Positions 1 through 9,111 of a stretch of 64,000 nucleotides of DNA are shown in pieces (position 1 is the first letter of the stretch; the number at the start of each line of letters is the position of its first letter). Source of the DNA: an uncultured Desulfospira sp. (GTDB taxonomy: Bacteria > Desulfobacterota > Desulfobacteria > Desulfobacterales > Desulfobacteraceae); NCBI GenBank assembly GCA_963663165.1, contig OY760175.1:2720001-2784000 (forward strand). Direction: 5' to 3'. The translations under genes and the position numbers were made by a program. The notes under the pieces were generated by a model. It searched no databases and was not told the origin of the DNA. It was given only the letters and a program-made list of their open reading frames with translations.

Positions 1-1
1 C

Positions 2-175
2 ACGCTGAAAAGGATAAAACAGCAAGGAAAATCCTGCCAAAATGCCCTGCCTGTACTGGCGGCTTATATGGGGCACAGCAAATACAAATACACAACCTAT
101 TATTTGAAGGTACTGGATGCTGAGCACCGTTGGCAACTGTTTGATTTTTCGAAATCAAAAAGCGAGGGTGCATGA
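2..175 (+). CDS. Tyrosine recombinase (RitB-like), C-terminal part
   Basis: Frame 2 reads ...NALPVLAAYMGHSKYKYTTYYLK..., the H...Y end of RIT second recombinases; stop overlaps next ATG. Confidence 0.8.
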   Translation, partial: TLKRIKQQGKSCQNALPVLAAYMGHSKYKYTTYYLKVLDAEHRWQLFDFSKSKSEGA

Positions 176-1191
176 GATTGACAAGTTGCCTGCACCAGTA
201 TTTTTATGAATACTTGCCCTCGATAAAAGGGACGAGCAAACAAAGTGTTCAAGCTTACCAGCAGAGCCTGTCGTTATTTCTGCATTTTCTGGCGAATCAT
301 CACTCAATAAAAATCAAGTCATTGAAAATCGAACACTTAACGGTGGATGCAGTGCTTGCCTTTCTCCAGCATCTGGAAAAAAACCGAAAAAATAGCGTGC
401 AGACTCGAAACCAACGCCTGGCCGTGATTAAGTCTTTGGCCAAGATGATCCGCTTCATGCATCCGGATAAAAAACGAATTGCCGATAGGCTCCTGAACAT
501 CCCTCAGAAAAGAGCTCAAAAAAAGGTGATGGGATTTTTATATCCTGAAGAAATCATGAAAGTCTTCAGTGCCGTTGATCTGAAAAAGAAAGAAGGCATG
601 AGGGATTTTACCATTCTCCATCTGCTTTATGACTCCGGTGCCCGGGCCAGTGAAATTGCCACATTGGAATTTGATTATTTTGACCCCGAAAACGAAACCA
701 TTGCGGTCCTGGGAAAGGGAAACCGATACCGGTTGATTAATCTATGCTCCAGAACCGCCTCCTTGATCTCGGACTATATCAGCAATCACAGGGTAGATCC
801 CATCCCTTTATTTGCCCATAGGCTGTTTATCAATCAACGGAAGCGGGAAATGACCAGACATGGAATTAATAAAATTTGCAGGAAGTATTTGACCTTGGCC
901 TTGCCGGAAAAACGGCTGAAAGGACTGAGCCCGGCTCACTGCTTCAGGCATTCGTGCGCGGTCAACATGGTCAGTTCAGGTGCTCCGGTATCGGATATCA
1001 AAAATCGTCTTGGTCATCAAAGTATTGAATCAACAATGACCTATCTGCAGCTGGATCTGTCAAAAAAACGGGAAGTCCAAAATACGCTCATGGAATACAT
1101 GCAATCGAAAATAACTCATGACAAAAAAATTGATGAGTTAATCGACTGGGGAAATAGTGCTGAAATCCTTGCCTGGCTTGACAGTTTATGA
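172..1191 (+). CDS. Tyrosine recombinase (RitC-like)
   Basis: GARASE, GKGNR, HCFRH, LGH...TMTY catalytic motifs; N-terminal TRNQRLA SAM-like domain. Confidence 0.9.
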   Translation: MRLTSCLHQYFYEYLPSIKGTSKQSVQAYQQSLSLFLHFLANHHSIKIKSLKIEHLTVDAVLAFLQHLEKNRKNSVQTRNQRLAVIKSLAKMIRFMHPDKKRIADRLLNIPQKRAQKKVMGFLYPEEIMKVFSAVDLKKKEGMRDFTILHLLYDSGARASEIATLEFDYFDPENETIAVLGKGNRYRLINLCSRTASLISDYISNHRVDPIPLFAHRLFINQRKREMTRHGINKICRKYLTLALPEKRLKGLSPAHCFRHSCAVNMVSSGAPVSDIKNRLGHQSIESTMTYLQLDLSKKREVQNTLMEYMQSKITHDKKIDELIDWGNSAEILAWLDSL

Positions 1192-1695
1192 ACCACTGAA
1201 GCAGCTTTTGCTATCTTTGGAGGGGTATGTAGTAAAACAAAAAATTATGTTGCCACTGATCTTTAAAATTTCTAAAATAACTTTTAACGTGTTGAATTTT
1301 AATACAATATTGATTTGCAATGTGAATAGCTAAAATCGCCTTTAAATTTAACAGGTTAGACCCACTCGCAACATAATACTATTTAAGAAAAGGTCCAGCT
1401 GGTTCAGGTTCCGGGGTGGCCGGTGCTGCTTCTGCTGCTTCAAACTCTTTGATAACAGCTGCACCAGTTTTCGAAACATTGATTCCGGTCCAGGGCCTTG
1501 TCATGTCCTGGCCCTGGACACGGACAGCAAGCCCTTTCTTTTCCAGGCTCAACACGGCTTTTTCGTATTGCTCAGTAGACTTTTGGTCCGCATCCGGATC
1601 AACTACCATGGCCCTGGTTTTGTATTGAATTCCAGGGACGCCGCCCACGATCTCAGCGGCAAACAGATCAGCATAAAATTCAAGCTCCGGCAAAC

Positions 1696-2281
1696 TAAAC
1701 AACCACCGGCTTAAAGCCGGTGGGTTTAAGAGCGCGGACTGAAAGTCCAGCGATACCGGCAATAGCCGGTTGAAATGCGTCACTCTACATCAAAATGGTC
1801 ATTAGGGTCTTTTTCAAAATGATGTTCGAGATATTCCTGAATCATTTCCTTTGTCAACTCACCAACGGTCACACAAAAATACCCACGGGCCCAAAAATGC
1901 TTGCCCCAATACCGTTTCTTCAAATGAGGAAATTCCTCAAACACTTTTCGAGACACTCGGCCTTTGATCCGACGCATTATATCCGAAGGAGAAATGTTCG
2001 GTGGTGCCGAAACCAGGATGTGAACGTGATCTTTGCTTACAACTCCACGCAAAATGTGGATTTCGAACCTTTCACAAGTTTGGCGTACGAGTTCTCTGAC
2101 TCGCAATGCAACATCCCCCTGCAATACGTGATATCGGTATTTGGTTACCCAAACAAAGTGATACTCTATTTTGAACTTCGTATGACTGTTTTGCCGATAG
2201 CTCATGTAAAGCACTATAAAACAACTACTGGCAAAATGCTACCCGCCTAAAGGCGGGGGTTTTAACCTTTTACAGAAACAA
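1696..2281 (-). mobile_element. IS200/IS605-family element, tnpA only (~586 bp)
   Basis: Left hairpin CCCGCCTTTAGGCGGG, right hairpin CCACCGGCTTTAAGCCGGTGG, TTTA at both junctions; ends +/-1 bp. Confidence 0.88.
1780..2205 (-). CDS. tnpA: IS200 HUH (Y1) transposase
   Basis: YHFVWVTKYR, DHVHIL (HUH), FWARGY, IQEYL. Confidence 0.95.
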   Translation of the reverse strand: MSYRQNSHTKFKIEYHFVWVTKYRYHVLQGDVALRVRELVRQTCERFEIHILRGVVSKDHVHILVSAPPNISPSDIMRRIKGRVSRKVFEEFPHLKKRYWGKHFWARGYFCVTVGELTKEMIQEYLEHHFEKDPNDHFDVE

Positions 2282-2668
2282 TAAAAAACTGCAACCAAGG
2301 GGCTTTCTTTTTCCATTCTTCAATGACCTTTTCCGCCTCCGCCCGGGACCAGCAAACACGCCCGGCCGCCCAAATAAACCCAGCCCGTATAAAATTTTCA
2401 ATATACAATCCATTAGTCCGCGCCGGGGCGATCTCGCTTCCAAACATTTCCTTGACTTGTTTTAAAAATACATCAGGATTCACGTTTGCTTGATATGCCT
2501 GGCCGCTGTTTTCATATATTGCCTCCGGCATATGGTCATAGCCGACCTCTTGGGGTGGTACAGGCAACGGACATTTTACCGCCGGTCTCCAGAAAGGGGG
2601 TTGCCGGTGTTCCCGTTTTTGGTTTTCCAAAGCTCTTGTCAAAATTTCGGTTTCAAGTTTTAATAATT

Positions 2669-2836
2669 TCATGATGGGTTTCCTTTCTGTTTTTTGTTTT
2701 TTGATTCTTGTTCCAAATATTCAATCAATTGGGTTTTCATCTGCGAGACCTTGAGCAGGCGCAGATATGCAACTTCAAGTTGATTTCGTGATAGGGATTT
2801 GATATCCACGGTTTTCAGTTTGATTGCTTCATCCAT
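2669..2836 (-). CDS. Small hypothetical protein, 55 aa (MDEAIKLKTVDIK...)
   Basis: Below ORF-track cutoff; start overlaps helicase end and stop overlaps next ATG (ATGA). Confidence 0.55.
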   Translation of the reverse strand: MDEAIKLKTVDIKSLSRNQLEVAYLRLLKVSQMKTQLIEYLEQESKNKKQKGNPS

Positions 2837-4478
2837 ATTGTTCCACTCCCCACGCCTGATAATTTCCTGAATAGGTGTATTTCAATTCTACAGAGCCCAG
2901 CTTGCCAATCTCTTTAAACCGGATTTTCTGGATAATGATTGTCGTAAGGTTGGTTTCAAAATCCCGGTAAACACAAAGCCCATTATCGGCCTTATTCCGC
3001 CAATGAGCCCCGCCTGAGATATCGTACATGCTTGGGGGCGGATATTTCCCGGCAAGGTTTTTTTGAAGTTTCGTTGGGTGAGCCACGATCCAGATATGTA
3101 TTCCGTTGAGCCTGGCAAAGCGCCGGACCTTGGTAAGCTCCTGAGAAATATATTGGGTTTCTGACAATCCATTGAAGCAGTGTTCGACTTCGTTCCAAGG
3201 ATCGATTACAAGGCCTTTTATCCCAAACTGAAGGCAAAGCACCCGGGCATATTTTAAGATCGTGTCTATAGAAAGAAGTTCGCTTTTAGGGGCAATGAAC
3301 TTGACGTAATCGTCCAACATTTCCATTCCTTCTTTTGCCTCTGCTGGGGTCATTCTGTCTCCATATCTGGTGGGTCTGAAAGATTTGCCCAGCATTTTTT
3401 CTATGAGCGTTTCGGCATGTCTTTGAAGCGGCCAATTCTCAGGGCTAAAAAACCCAATCCTCCAGACACAGGTTTTAATCAGATTGACACAGAGGGCATC
3501 CACAAAATTTGATTTGCCGGAGCCTGGAATTCCAGTCACGATGGTCAGTTCTCCAGGCCGGACCGTGTAAAACTCATCCAGGTTAGACCAGCCGGTTTTT
3601 TCTCCGCCCTGAATTCCCTGGGTATATTCCTGCATAACCACATCGGTCAGGCTCAAGGGGGAAATTATTCCCTCAACCGGAAAAGGTTTTGCCTTTTTCA
3701 AGACCTCGACAAGAGCCTCTTTCCCGTGTTTGACAAGAACGTCATTGCAATCCTTGCAGCCTGCTGGGTATTCAACGACAAAACACTTTTCCACTCCGAT
3801 CCGCCGCCCCAATTCCTGAACAGCTCTTTTCCCGGGGGCGTCGTTGTCCCCGGCAATGATAATTTTCTCAAAACGGGAGAACAGCTTTTCAGTTCCTTTT
3901 AAAAAATCAAATTTGGTACTGAAATTTTTTGAATTTTCGGACGGCGCGCCGTCTGGGATACTTACAGCTTCATATCCGGCAACAAGGCAGGAAAGGGCGT
4001 CTATTTCGCCCTCAGTGATAACCAGCTCCTTTTGGGTTGATCCCATGGCTTTGTCACGGCGGTAAAGGCATTTCTTCCCGCCTTTTTCCTGCCGGAAATC
4101 TTTTGTGGCTGTCCGGTACTTCACATTCACGCAGACCGAATTGTAAAAATATGGGAATTTGATCCAGCCCTTTCCATAAGACTCTTCAAAACCGATATGC
4201 TCTTGTTCGAGAATGCCTTGAGATATCCCCCGTGATTCAAAATACCGGATCACCTTTTCTGGCAGAGACTTTTTTAATTCATACGGGATGGGCTTGACGT
4301 CACTTTTTTTCAAGGAACCGCTCCACCCACAATGATGACAGATCCAAACGCCTTCAATTGTATTAACAGCCAGGCACTTTTCATTTTTCTTTTTTCTGGT
4401 CGGGGAGCATTGGGGGCAAGTTGTGCGAACCTCTGTCCCACTCCCTTGAACGTGTATACCGTAGCTTTCGAAACTCAT
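2829..4478 (-). CDS. Bifunctional primase-helicase (T7 gp4/Twinkle-like)
   Basis: CPQC..CHHC Zn finger, TOPRIM (ITEGEIDA, GDND, KDCND), Walker A GIPGSGKS, IDPWN, VAHP. Confidence 0.9.
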   Translation of the reverse strand: MSFESYGIHVQGSGTEVRTTCPQCSPTRKKKNEKCLAVNTIEGVWICHHCGWSGSLKKSDVKPIPYELKKSLPEKVIRYFESRGISQGILEQEHIGFEESYGKGWIKFPYFYNSVCVNVKYRTATKDFRQEKGGKKCLYRRDKAMGSTQKELVITEGEIDALSCLVAGYEAVSIPDGAPSENSKNFSTKFDFLKGTEKLFSRFEKIIIAGDNDAPGKRAVQELGRRIGVEKCFVVEYPAGCKDCNDVLVKHGKEALVEVLKKAKPFPVEGIISPLSLTDVVMQEYTQGIQGGEKTGWSNLDEFYTVRPGELTIVTGIPGSGKSNFVDALCVNLIKTCVWRIGFFSPENWPLQRHAETLIEKMLGKSFRPTRYGDRMTPAEAKEGMEMLDDYVKFIAPKSELLSIDTILKYARVLCLQFGIKGLVIDPWNEVEHCFNGLSETQYISQELTKVRRFARLNGIHIWIVAHPTKLQKNLAGKYPPPSMYDISGGAHWRNKADNGLCVYRDFETNLTTIIIQKIRFKEIGKLGSVELKYTYSGNYQAWGVEQYG

Positions 4479-5228
4479 TTAAAACGCCTTTTGGAAAAGA
4501 GATTGACTTGATTCTTTTTGAACGGCCTGGTCCTTGCCCCGAATGATGCCCCGGAAATATTTTTCACCTTTACCTGATTTCCAGTATTGGCCATCCACGT
4601 ATGCGGTAAGGGCGGCATTGATTGTTTCGTTGGGGTACTGTTTCCAATATTCAATTTCTTTCTGAATGACACCGGATGAAATCTGACCGGTTTTTCTGGT
4701 GGAAATAAATCCGTCTATGGTTTGTTCGAGTTTTGATTTATCCCATCCGTTTATCACCGGTGAGAAAAATTCTAAGACAGAAATCGCCCTTTTATGTTTA
4801 TTTACATTATCTACATTATTGTTTGTGTCCTTTGGTTGTCCCTTGCCTGTCCTTTGCCTGTCCGTTTGGGTGTCCTCTTTTTTGTTCGGATGTTGATAAA
4901 GTTCCCAGTTGACAATGGTTACAATAGAAAAATGGGTGTCCGTTTGGATGTCCAGATTTTCAACCTTTTTTAATTTTTCCATGCGGTTTCTAATCGTGGA
5001 TGGGCTCATCTTGAGTTCTTTGGCTGCAGTTTTACGACCGAAAATAAATTGACCCTTTCTCAATAATATTTCGGTCTCTCCACGACCTGTTTTGACCGGG
5101 ACCCACCTATCTTCGTGACCAGCTTTCAATAAACACCAAATCCAAACTTTAAGAAGTCCCTCATTCTGAAAGACTCGTGAATCTAAGAGCTTTCGATGGA
5201 GGAAAATGAACCCGGCGAGATCCATCAT
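4479..5228 (-). CDS. Phage-type replication initiator
   Basis: GFIFLHRKL..., LKVWIWCLLKA, RKGQFIFGR, SIVTIVNWELYQ typical of phage Rep N-termini; next to helicase. Confidence 0.7.
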   Translation of the reverse strand: MMDLAGFIFLHRKLLDSRVFQNEGLLKVWIWCLLKAGHEDRWVPVKTGRGETEILLRKGQFIFGRKTAAKELKMSPSTIRNRMEKLKKVENLDIQTDTHFSIVTIVNWELYQHPNKKEDTQTDRQRTGKGQPKDTNNNVDNVNKHKRAISVLEFFSPVINGWDKSKLEQTIDGFISTRKTGQISSGVIQKEIEYWKQYPNETINAALTAYVDGQYWKSGKGEKYFRGIIRGKDQAVQKESSQSLFQKAF

Positions 5229-5443
5229 TCGGCCTCACTCATTACGACAAGGCGGTCATGGAGCCTGGACAGCCTGTTACTTTTCGGAAAAAAACGAATG
5301 GCCAGTTCGGCCACCCAGGGGTACAGGTGGCCGGCTGCTGATTTTTTGATATTTCCAATCTGAAAGCGCCCGGCCAGGCGCTTTTGGTTTTTGGGACGGT
5401 TATAGCGCATGGTCCTATGCCGAGAGGCAAACGCGGTTTGCAT
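5225..5443 (-). CDS. Hypothetical protein
   Basis: Overlaps both neighbours in the operon. Confidence 0.45.
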   Translation of the reverse strand: MQTAFASRHRTMRYNRPKNQKRLAGRFQIGNIKKSAAGHLYPWVAELAIRFFPKSNRLSRLHDRLVVMSEAE

Positions 5444-5603
5444 CTAGATATCTGTCTAACGCATCCTGGTCATAGCGGGGGGACCTGCCACCAACCAGGA
5501 TATAGTCCGGGCCTTTTCGCTGGTGCCTCCAGTTGTATAGGGTTTGTACTGCGATCCTGAGATAGTCCGCCGCCTCTTGAGTTGTCATGAGTTTTTTGTC
5601 CAT
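5415..5603 (-). CDS. Excisionase/AlpA-like HTH protein
   Basis: LMTTQEAADYLRIAVQTLYNWR...GPDY..RY. Confidence 0.85.
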   Translation of the reverse strand: MDKKLMTTQEAADYLRIAVQTLYNWRHQRKGPDYILVGGRSPRYDQDALDRYLDANRVCLSA

Positions 5604-5696
5604 GCCTAAAAATCCTTTCGGTTTTGGGGTATTGCCGTTTTTTACCGGCGTTTTGGAGAAGTATATTTTTGGATGGAGATATCGTCACCCGACATA

Positions 5697-5732
5697 GCGG
5701 TAAATCCATATAAAGTTATATAGATTTACCGC
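5697..5732. promoter_or_regulatory. Palindromic operator upstream of excisionase
   Basis: GCGGTAAATC-N16-GATTTACCGC. Confidence 0.5.
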
Positions 5733-5910
5733 CATATCCCTAAAATCGAATTATCCATTGATTTCAAATGGTTACAAATTTACATTTTTTATATAAAAAT
5801 TCAGCCAGAACGGCTGGACAAGAATAAACATGAAATGATTTAAATTAACGATGATTGTAGGACTACTTTGATGAGGGGGATGGTTCTGCAATGACTCCTG
5901 ATTAAACGTG

Positions 5911-5975
5911 CCCCAGGAAGGCGACCAGGAAACCGCCTGTTCGGTCCGGGTAGCTATTCCGGGCCTATCCTGGGG
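5911..5975. ncRNA. Candidate three-way-junction RNA (C4/CI-like)
   Basis: CCCCAGGA/TCCTGGGG closing stem encloses hairpins AGGCG/CGCCT and GGTCCGG/CCGGGCC; GC-rich island in an AT-rich intergenic region. Confidence 0.5.
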
Positions 5976-5982
5976 AAAGAGA

Positions 5983-6342
5983 TTACAGCCTTAATTCAAC
6001 CTGGAAATCCGTTGCGTTGACGATGGGCCGGACCATGCCTTTTTCCTTGATCAGATCAACAATCCCATAATTTGAAAGGGTTTTCAGTGTCCGGGAAAGG
6101 TTTGATTTTTTTCGCCCTGACAATGCTTCCAGTTCAACCAGAGACGCCGGGTGCCGGTCCCGGATCAATCTTAAAAGCTTTTGATTCTGGCCGCTCAAGA
6201 CCTGACCCAGGGATTCCATGGATTCAAACCATACCTTGGGTTCGTTCTTACGGGGCTTATATTCCCCCTTGGCAATGGCAATGGTCCGGTGCTTGTAATC
6301 TTCCTTTGACATGATGCCGATTTTCATGGTTTTGCTGGCCAT
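5983..6342 (-). CDS. HTH antitoxin-like regulator (HVO_A0114-like)
   Basis: VWFESMESL...PASLVEL..LSGRKKSNLSRTLKTL..YGIV. Confidence 0.75.
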   Translation of the reverse strand: MASKTMKIGIMSKEDYKHRTIAIAKGEYKPRKNEPKVWFESMESLGQVLSGQNQKLLRLIRDRHPASLVELEALSGRKKSNLSRTLKTLSNYGIVDLIKEKGMVRPIVNATDFQVELRL

Positions 6343-6346
6343 TCTC

Positions 6347-6700
6347 TTATCCTCTCAATAAATATTCATCCACAGCCGCCCAAAAATCTTCAAGCAATTG
6401 TCCGGCGGTTTCAAAAGAGTACGGTGCCACTTTATCCAAGTCGTGTTTATGGTCCCATGTGACTATGCGCCCGGTAAAGCCCTTTTTCCTGACCGGTTTC
6501 ACGGCATGGGCATTGTCAAATCCAATCACCCGGGTATTATATCTGTCATGCAAGGACAGGGAGTACCTTATTCCGTGTGGCGCATGTTGGTCCGGGTGAA
6601 TTGGCTTTGCGTTGAATTTTACCCAGTACCCGTTATCCATTGGAAAAATTTCACCGTCCAGATCCAGCAGGGTATCAAGTGAACCATATTTGCCATTCAT
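6347..6700 (-). CDS. DUF6516/TumE-like toxin
   Basis: PHGIRYSLSLHD...GFDNAH...WDHKH...LLEDFW; directly upstream of HTH gene. Confidence 0.7.
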   Translation of the reverse strand: MNGKYGSLDTLLDLDGEIFPMDNGYWVKFNAKPIHPDQHAPHGIRYSLSLHDRYNTRVIGFDNAHAVKPVRKKGFTGRIVTWDHKHDLDKVAPYSFETAGQLLEDFWAAVDEYLLRG

Positions 6701-6751
6701 GTTATCATCCGATGATAATTTGTCAAGGTTTGTCCGCCTGTTTTGGAAAAT

Positions 6752-7630
6752 TTAAAATCCAATTTTTCGTTTCGGGTTTTTATCATCGGCCAGGAGTTTA
6801 TCCAGGACAGAGAACACCACTTCGAACCGTTCGTCTGTTTGCTGTTTCAATTCTTCCACGGCCTTGCGCAGTTCCTCATGCTCGGCAATCATGTGGCGCA
6901 TTTTGGTAAAGGTCCTCATAATCTGTATGTTTGCTCGTATGGCCCGGTCACTGTTCAATATTCCGGACAGCATAGCAACACCTTGTTGAGAGTGATCACG
7001 ATATTTGATGGAAAGAGGCTTTATTTTTTGCAAGCTATCTTATGGAAATTTTTCACTCCCTTTGTCGTTCCTCATTTTTCACTATACTTTAGGGCCGATC
7101 GGTCCTCCTTCCGTTAACTTGAAAGAATCAACGATAAATGAGGGATAGATTTTTTGAATTAGATTTAATTACAGGTAGATATAAAATTCTTAGAGCGTAC
7201 CACCCCTCCCTTGGGTATCGTAAAAATTTGCTGGTTTGAGACATTTTTATCAACTTTCCCATCTACCCATGGGGGGTGGTGTGTCAAGCTATTGTTTCTT
7301 CTCCTCAGTTCCACCAAATAGCATGAAAACGTGTCCATCAAATATCGTGATTGCTCTCACTTGTTCAGTGAAGGCATATGGCATTTTTCTGATGCCGCCC
7401 CAACTTGATGTCACAATTTGTGACTTCAAGTTTTCAAACTCCGACCGGGTCAACTGAAACATAAAATCGTTCGGAAAACGCTTCATGTGCCTTTTGACGG
7501 CTTGGTTTAATACTCTGGTTTCAACGCCATAAAGATAGGCCAGGTCCCTATCCAGCATCACTTTTACACCCCTGATAAAGTAAATTCTACGTTCAATTTG
7601 ATCAACTATCGCAACACTGTTTTCATTCAT
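6752..7630 (-). pseudogene. ORF6N-domain DNA-binding (antirepressor-like) gene disrupted by a MITE
   Basis: IRGVKVMLDRDLA..YGV..LNQAVKR..RFP.DFMFQL...PYAFTEQ | GVAMLSGILNSDRAI; halves separated by 6987-7359. Confidence 0.9.
6987..7359. mobile_element. Non-autonomous MITE, 373 bp
   Basis: 26-bp terminal IRs TGAGAG(TG/CA)ATCACGATATTTGATGGA with 2 mismatches; 5-bp TSD CTTGT at 6982-6986 and 7360-7364. Confidence 0.9.
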
Positions 7631-7724
7631 TTTTGTTCCCATATCTATTTTGAGGTGACAATTTGGCACCTCAAGTTTATTTAGCCCATCTCATGGTTTT
7701 GGAGGTTACAATTTGTGATCTCCA
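7405..7724. repeat. Three related 25-bp palindromes
   Basis: 7405-7429, 7650-7674, 7700-7724; core GTNACAATTTGNNAY. Confidence 0.8.
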
Positions 7725-7726
7725 AT

Positions 7727-8890
7727 TTATTTATCCCCATGAAGGTTTACAACCTTTGAATCATCTTGTTTCTGCAGATATCCAGCTACTGCTTTACTGG
7801 CATCTTCAGATCCTTTTTTTAAAACCGTATCATTCAAGTGGGCATATCGCTGTAAAAGCTGTGGCGTTTTATGGGTGGTCAATTTTTGAAGGGTATACAA
7901 ATCAATTTTGCCGGAATTGACAGCCATTGTGGCAAAGGTATGTCTTAGGGAGTGTATCGGCCTTGTTTCCTTTGGAAGATTTGCAGCGACTTTGATTTTA
8001 TTCACCGGCTTGCTGATGCTTGACAGTTGCCCCCCATTTCGCCCAGGGAAAACATAATCACTGTCTGTCCGATAGGCCTTTTCTAAAACTGATCGGGCCA
8101 TATCATTCAAAGGAATAATTTGATCTTTCCCTCCTTTTGGTCCCAGGATAGAGATAAAACCTTTTTCAAAGTCAATATCAGACCATTTCAATTTAAATAG
8201 CTCTCCACGCCTCATCCCAGTGTAAAGCGCCATCAACATAATATTTCCAGCTAAGGGGTGGTCGTCTTGCTGGATCGCATCATACAAACGGGTTAATTCT
8301 TCCGGGCTCAAGGAATCATCTTTGATATTGTCAACTTTCGGCATTTTAACTTTAAACTGCAAATTTTTGCTAAGGCCAAGTTCAAAACCGTAGTTTGCAA
8401 TTCGTTTTAAAAGAGCCAAAACATGCTTCACTGTCTGAGGGGAATATTTTTTTAACAGCTCTCTTTTATGTCGTTCAACATCAAGGGCAATAATTTCATC
8501 CGGCTCTTTATTGCCGAACGGTTCTTTTATGTGCTGCTCGTATCGATTGTTATCTTTCGTGTAATTCAGATTTTTTTTTCTTTGGAGGGAATATTCTTTC
8601 CATAATCTGTCTATGGTGTATTTGCCTGCTTCGGCCTCTTTTTTTGCCTGTTCTTCGTCACGCTTCTCCTGATTGGTCTGTTGCTCACCGTCTATTCTCT
8701 GCCCCCGGAGAGCGGAAGCCCTGGCAGGGGTCATATCATCCTGATATTGACGGCCTGCTTTTTCTTCTACCATCTTGCCGCCTTTGCGGTATCGGATGTA
8801 ATAGATTTTTTCCGGTTTACCCTGGGCGGATATTCCCTCAAGAAAGAAAACTCCGGCATACTTTGTTTTAAATCTTTTCTTCGCCGCCAT
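7727..8890 (-). CDS. Phage-type tyrosine integrase
   Basis: TGMRRGEL, PKGG, HSLRHTFA, LTTH...RYAH. Confidence 0.93.
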   Translation of the reverse strand: MAAKKRFKTKYAGVFFLEGISAQGKPEKIYYIRYRKGGKMVEEKAGRQYQDDMTPARASALRGQRIDGEQQTNQEKRDEEQAKKEAEAGKYTIDRLWKEYSLQRKKNLNYTKDNNRYEQHIKEPFGNKEPDEIIALDVERHKRELLKKYSPQTVKHVLALLKRIANYGFELGLSKNLQFKVKMPKVDNIKDDSLSPEELTRLYDAIQQDDHPLAGNIMLMALYTGMRRGELFKLKWSDIDFEKGFISILGPKGGKDQIIPLNDMARSVLEKAYRTDSDYVFPGRNGGQLSSISKPVNKIKVAANLPKETRPIHSLRHTFATMAVNSGKIDLYTLQKLTTHKTPQLLQRYAHLNDTVLKKGSEDASKAVAGYLQKQDDSKVVNLHGDK

Positions 8891-8896
8891 CGTTTA

Positions 8897-9091
8897 TTCC
8901 CCACTTTTTAAAACAATTATTTGGTTGTGATTCTTTTATATCAATGCTTTTAGTCGCTTAGTCTTCCCCACACTATTCCCCACATCTATGGTAAATATAC
9001 AGGTATCTGTGAGTAAGTCAAGGTAATAGATACAACATCGAACAGATTGAAATTAAAAGGTTTTGGTATGATTTTGGGAAATACGGTAAAT
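8897..9091. promoter_or_regulatory. att arm region with repeated TTCCCCAC and GGTAAAT sites
   Basis: TTCCCCAC three times (~8897, ~8964, ~8976); GGTAAAT at 8990 and 9085. Confidence 0.45.
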
Positions 9092-9111
9092 ACAGGGAAA
9101 TAGGCGATTTC

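Larger units (their letters stand above)
1..1377 (+). mobile_element. RIT (recombinase-in-trio) element, right part
   Basis: Two overlapping tyrosine recombinase ORFs (ATGA overlap 172-175); inverted ATTATGTTGC (1244-1253) / GCAACATAAT (1368-1377) at the end. Confidence 0.7.
1379..2672 (-). pseudogene. Hypothetical phage-like gene interrupted by IS200
   Basis: Removing 1696-2281 joins ...PWLQFF to SLPELEFY... in frame. Confidence 0.7.

Noticed and set aside
1696..1780. TnpB/omega-RNA locus
   Set aside because: No tnpB or iscB; only ~85 bp between tnpA and the right end
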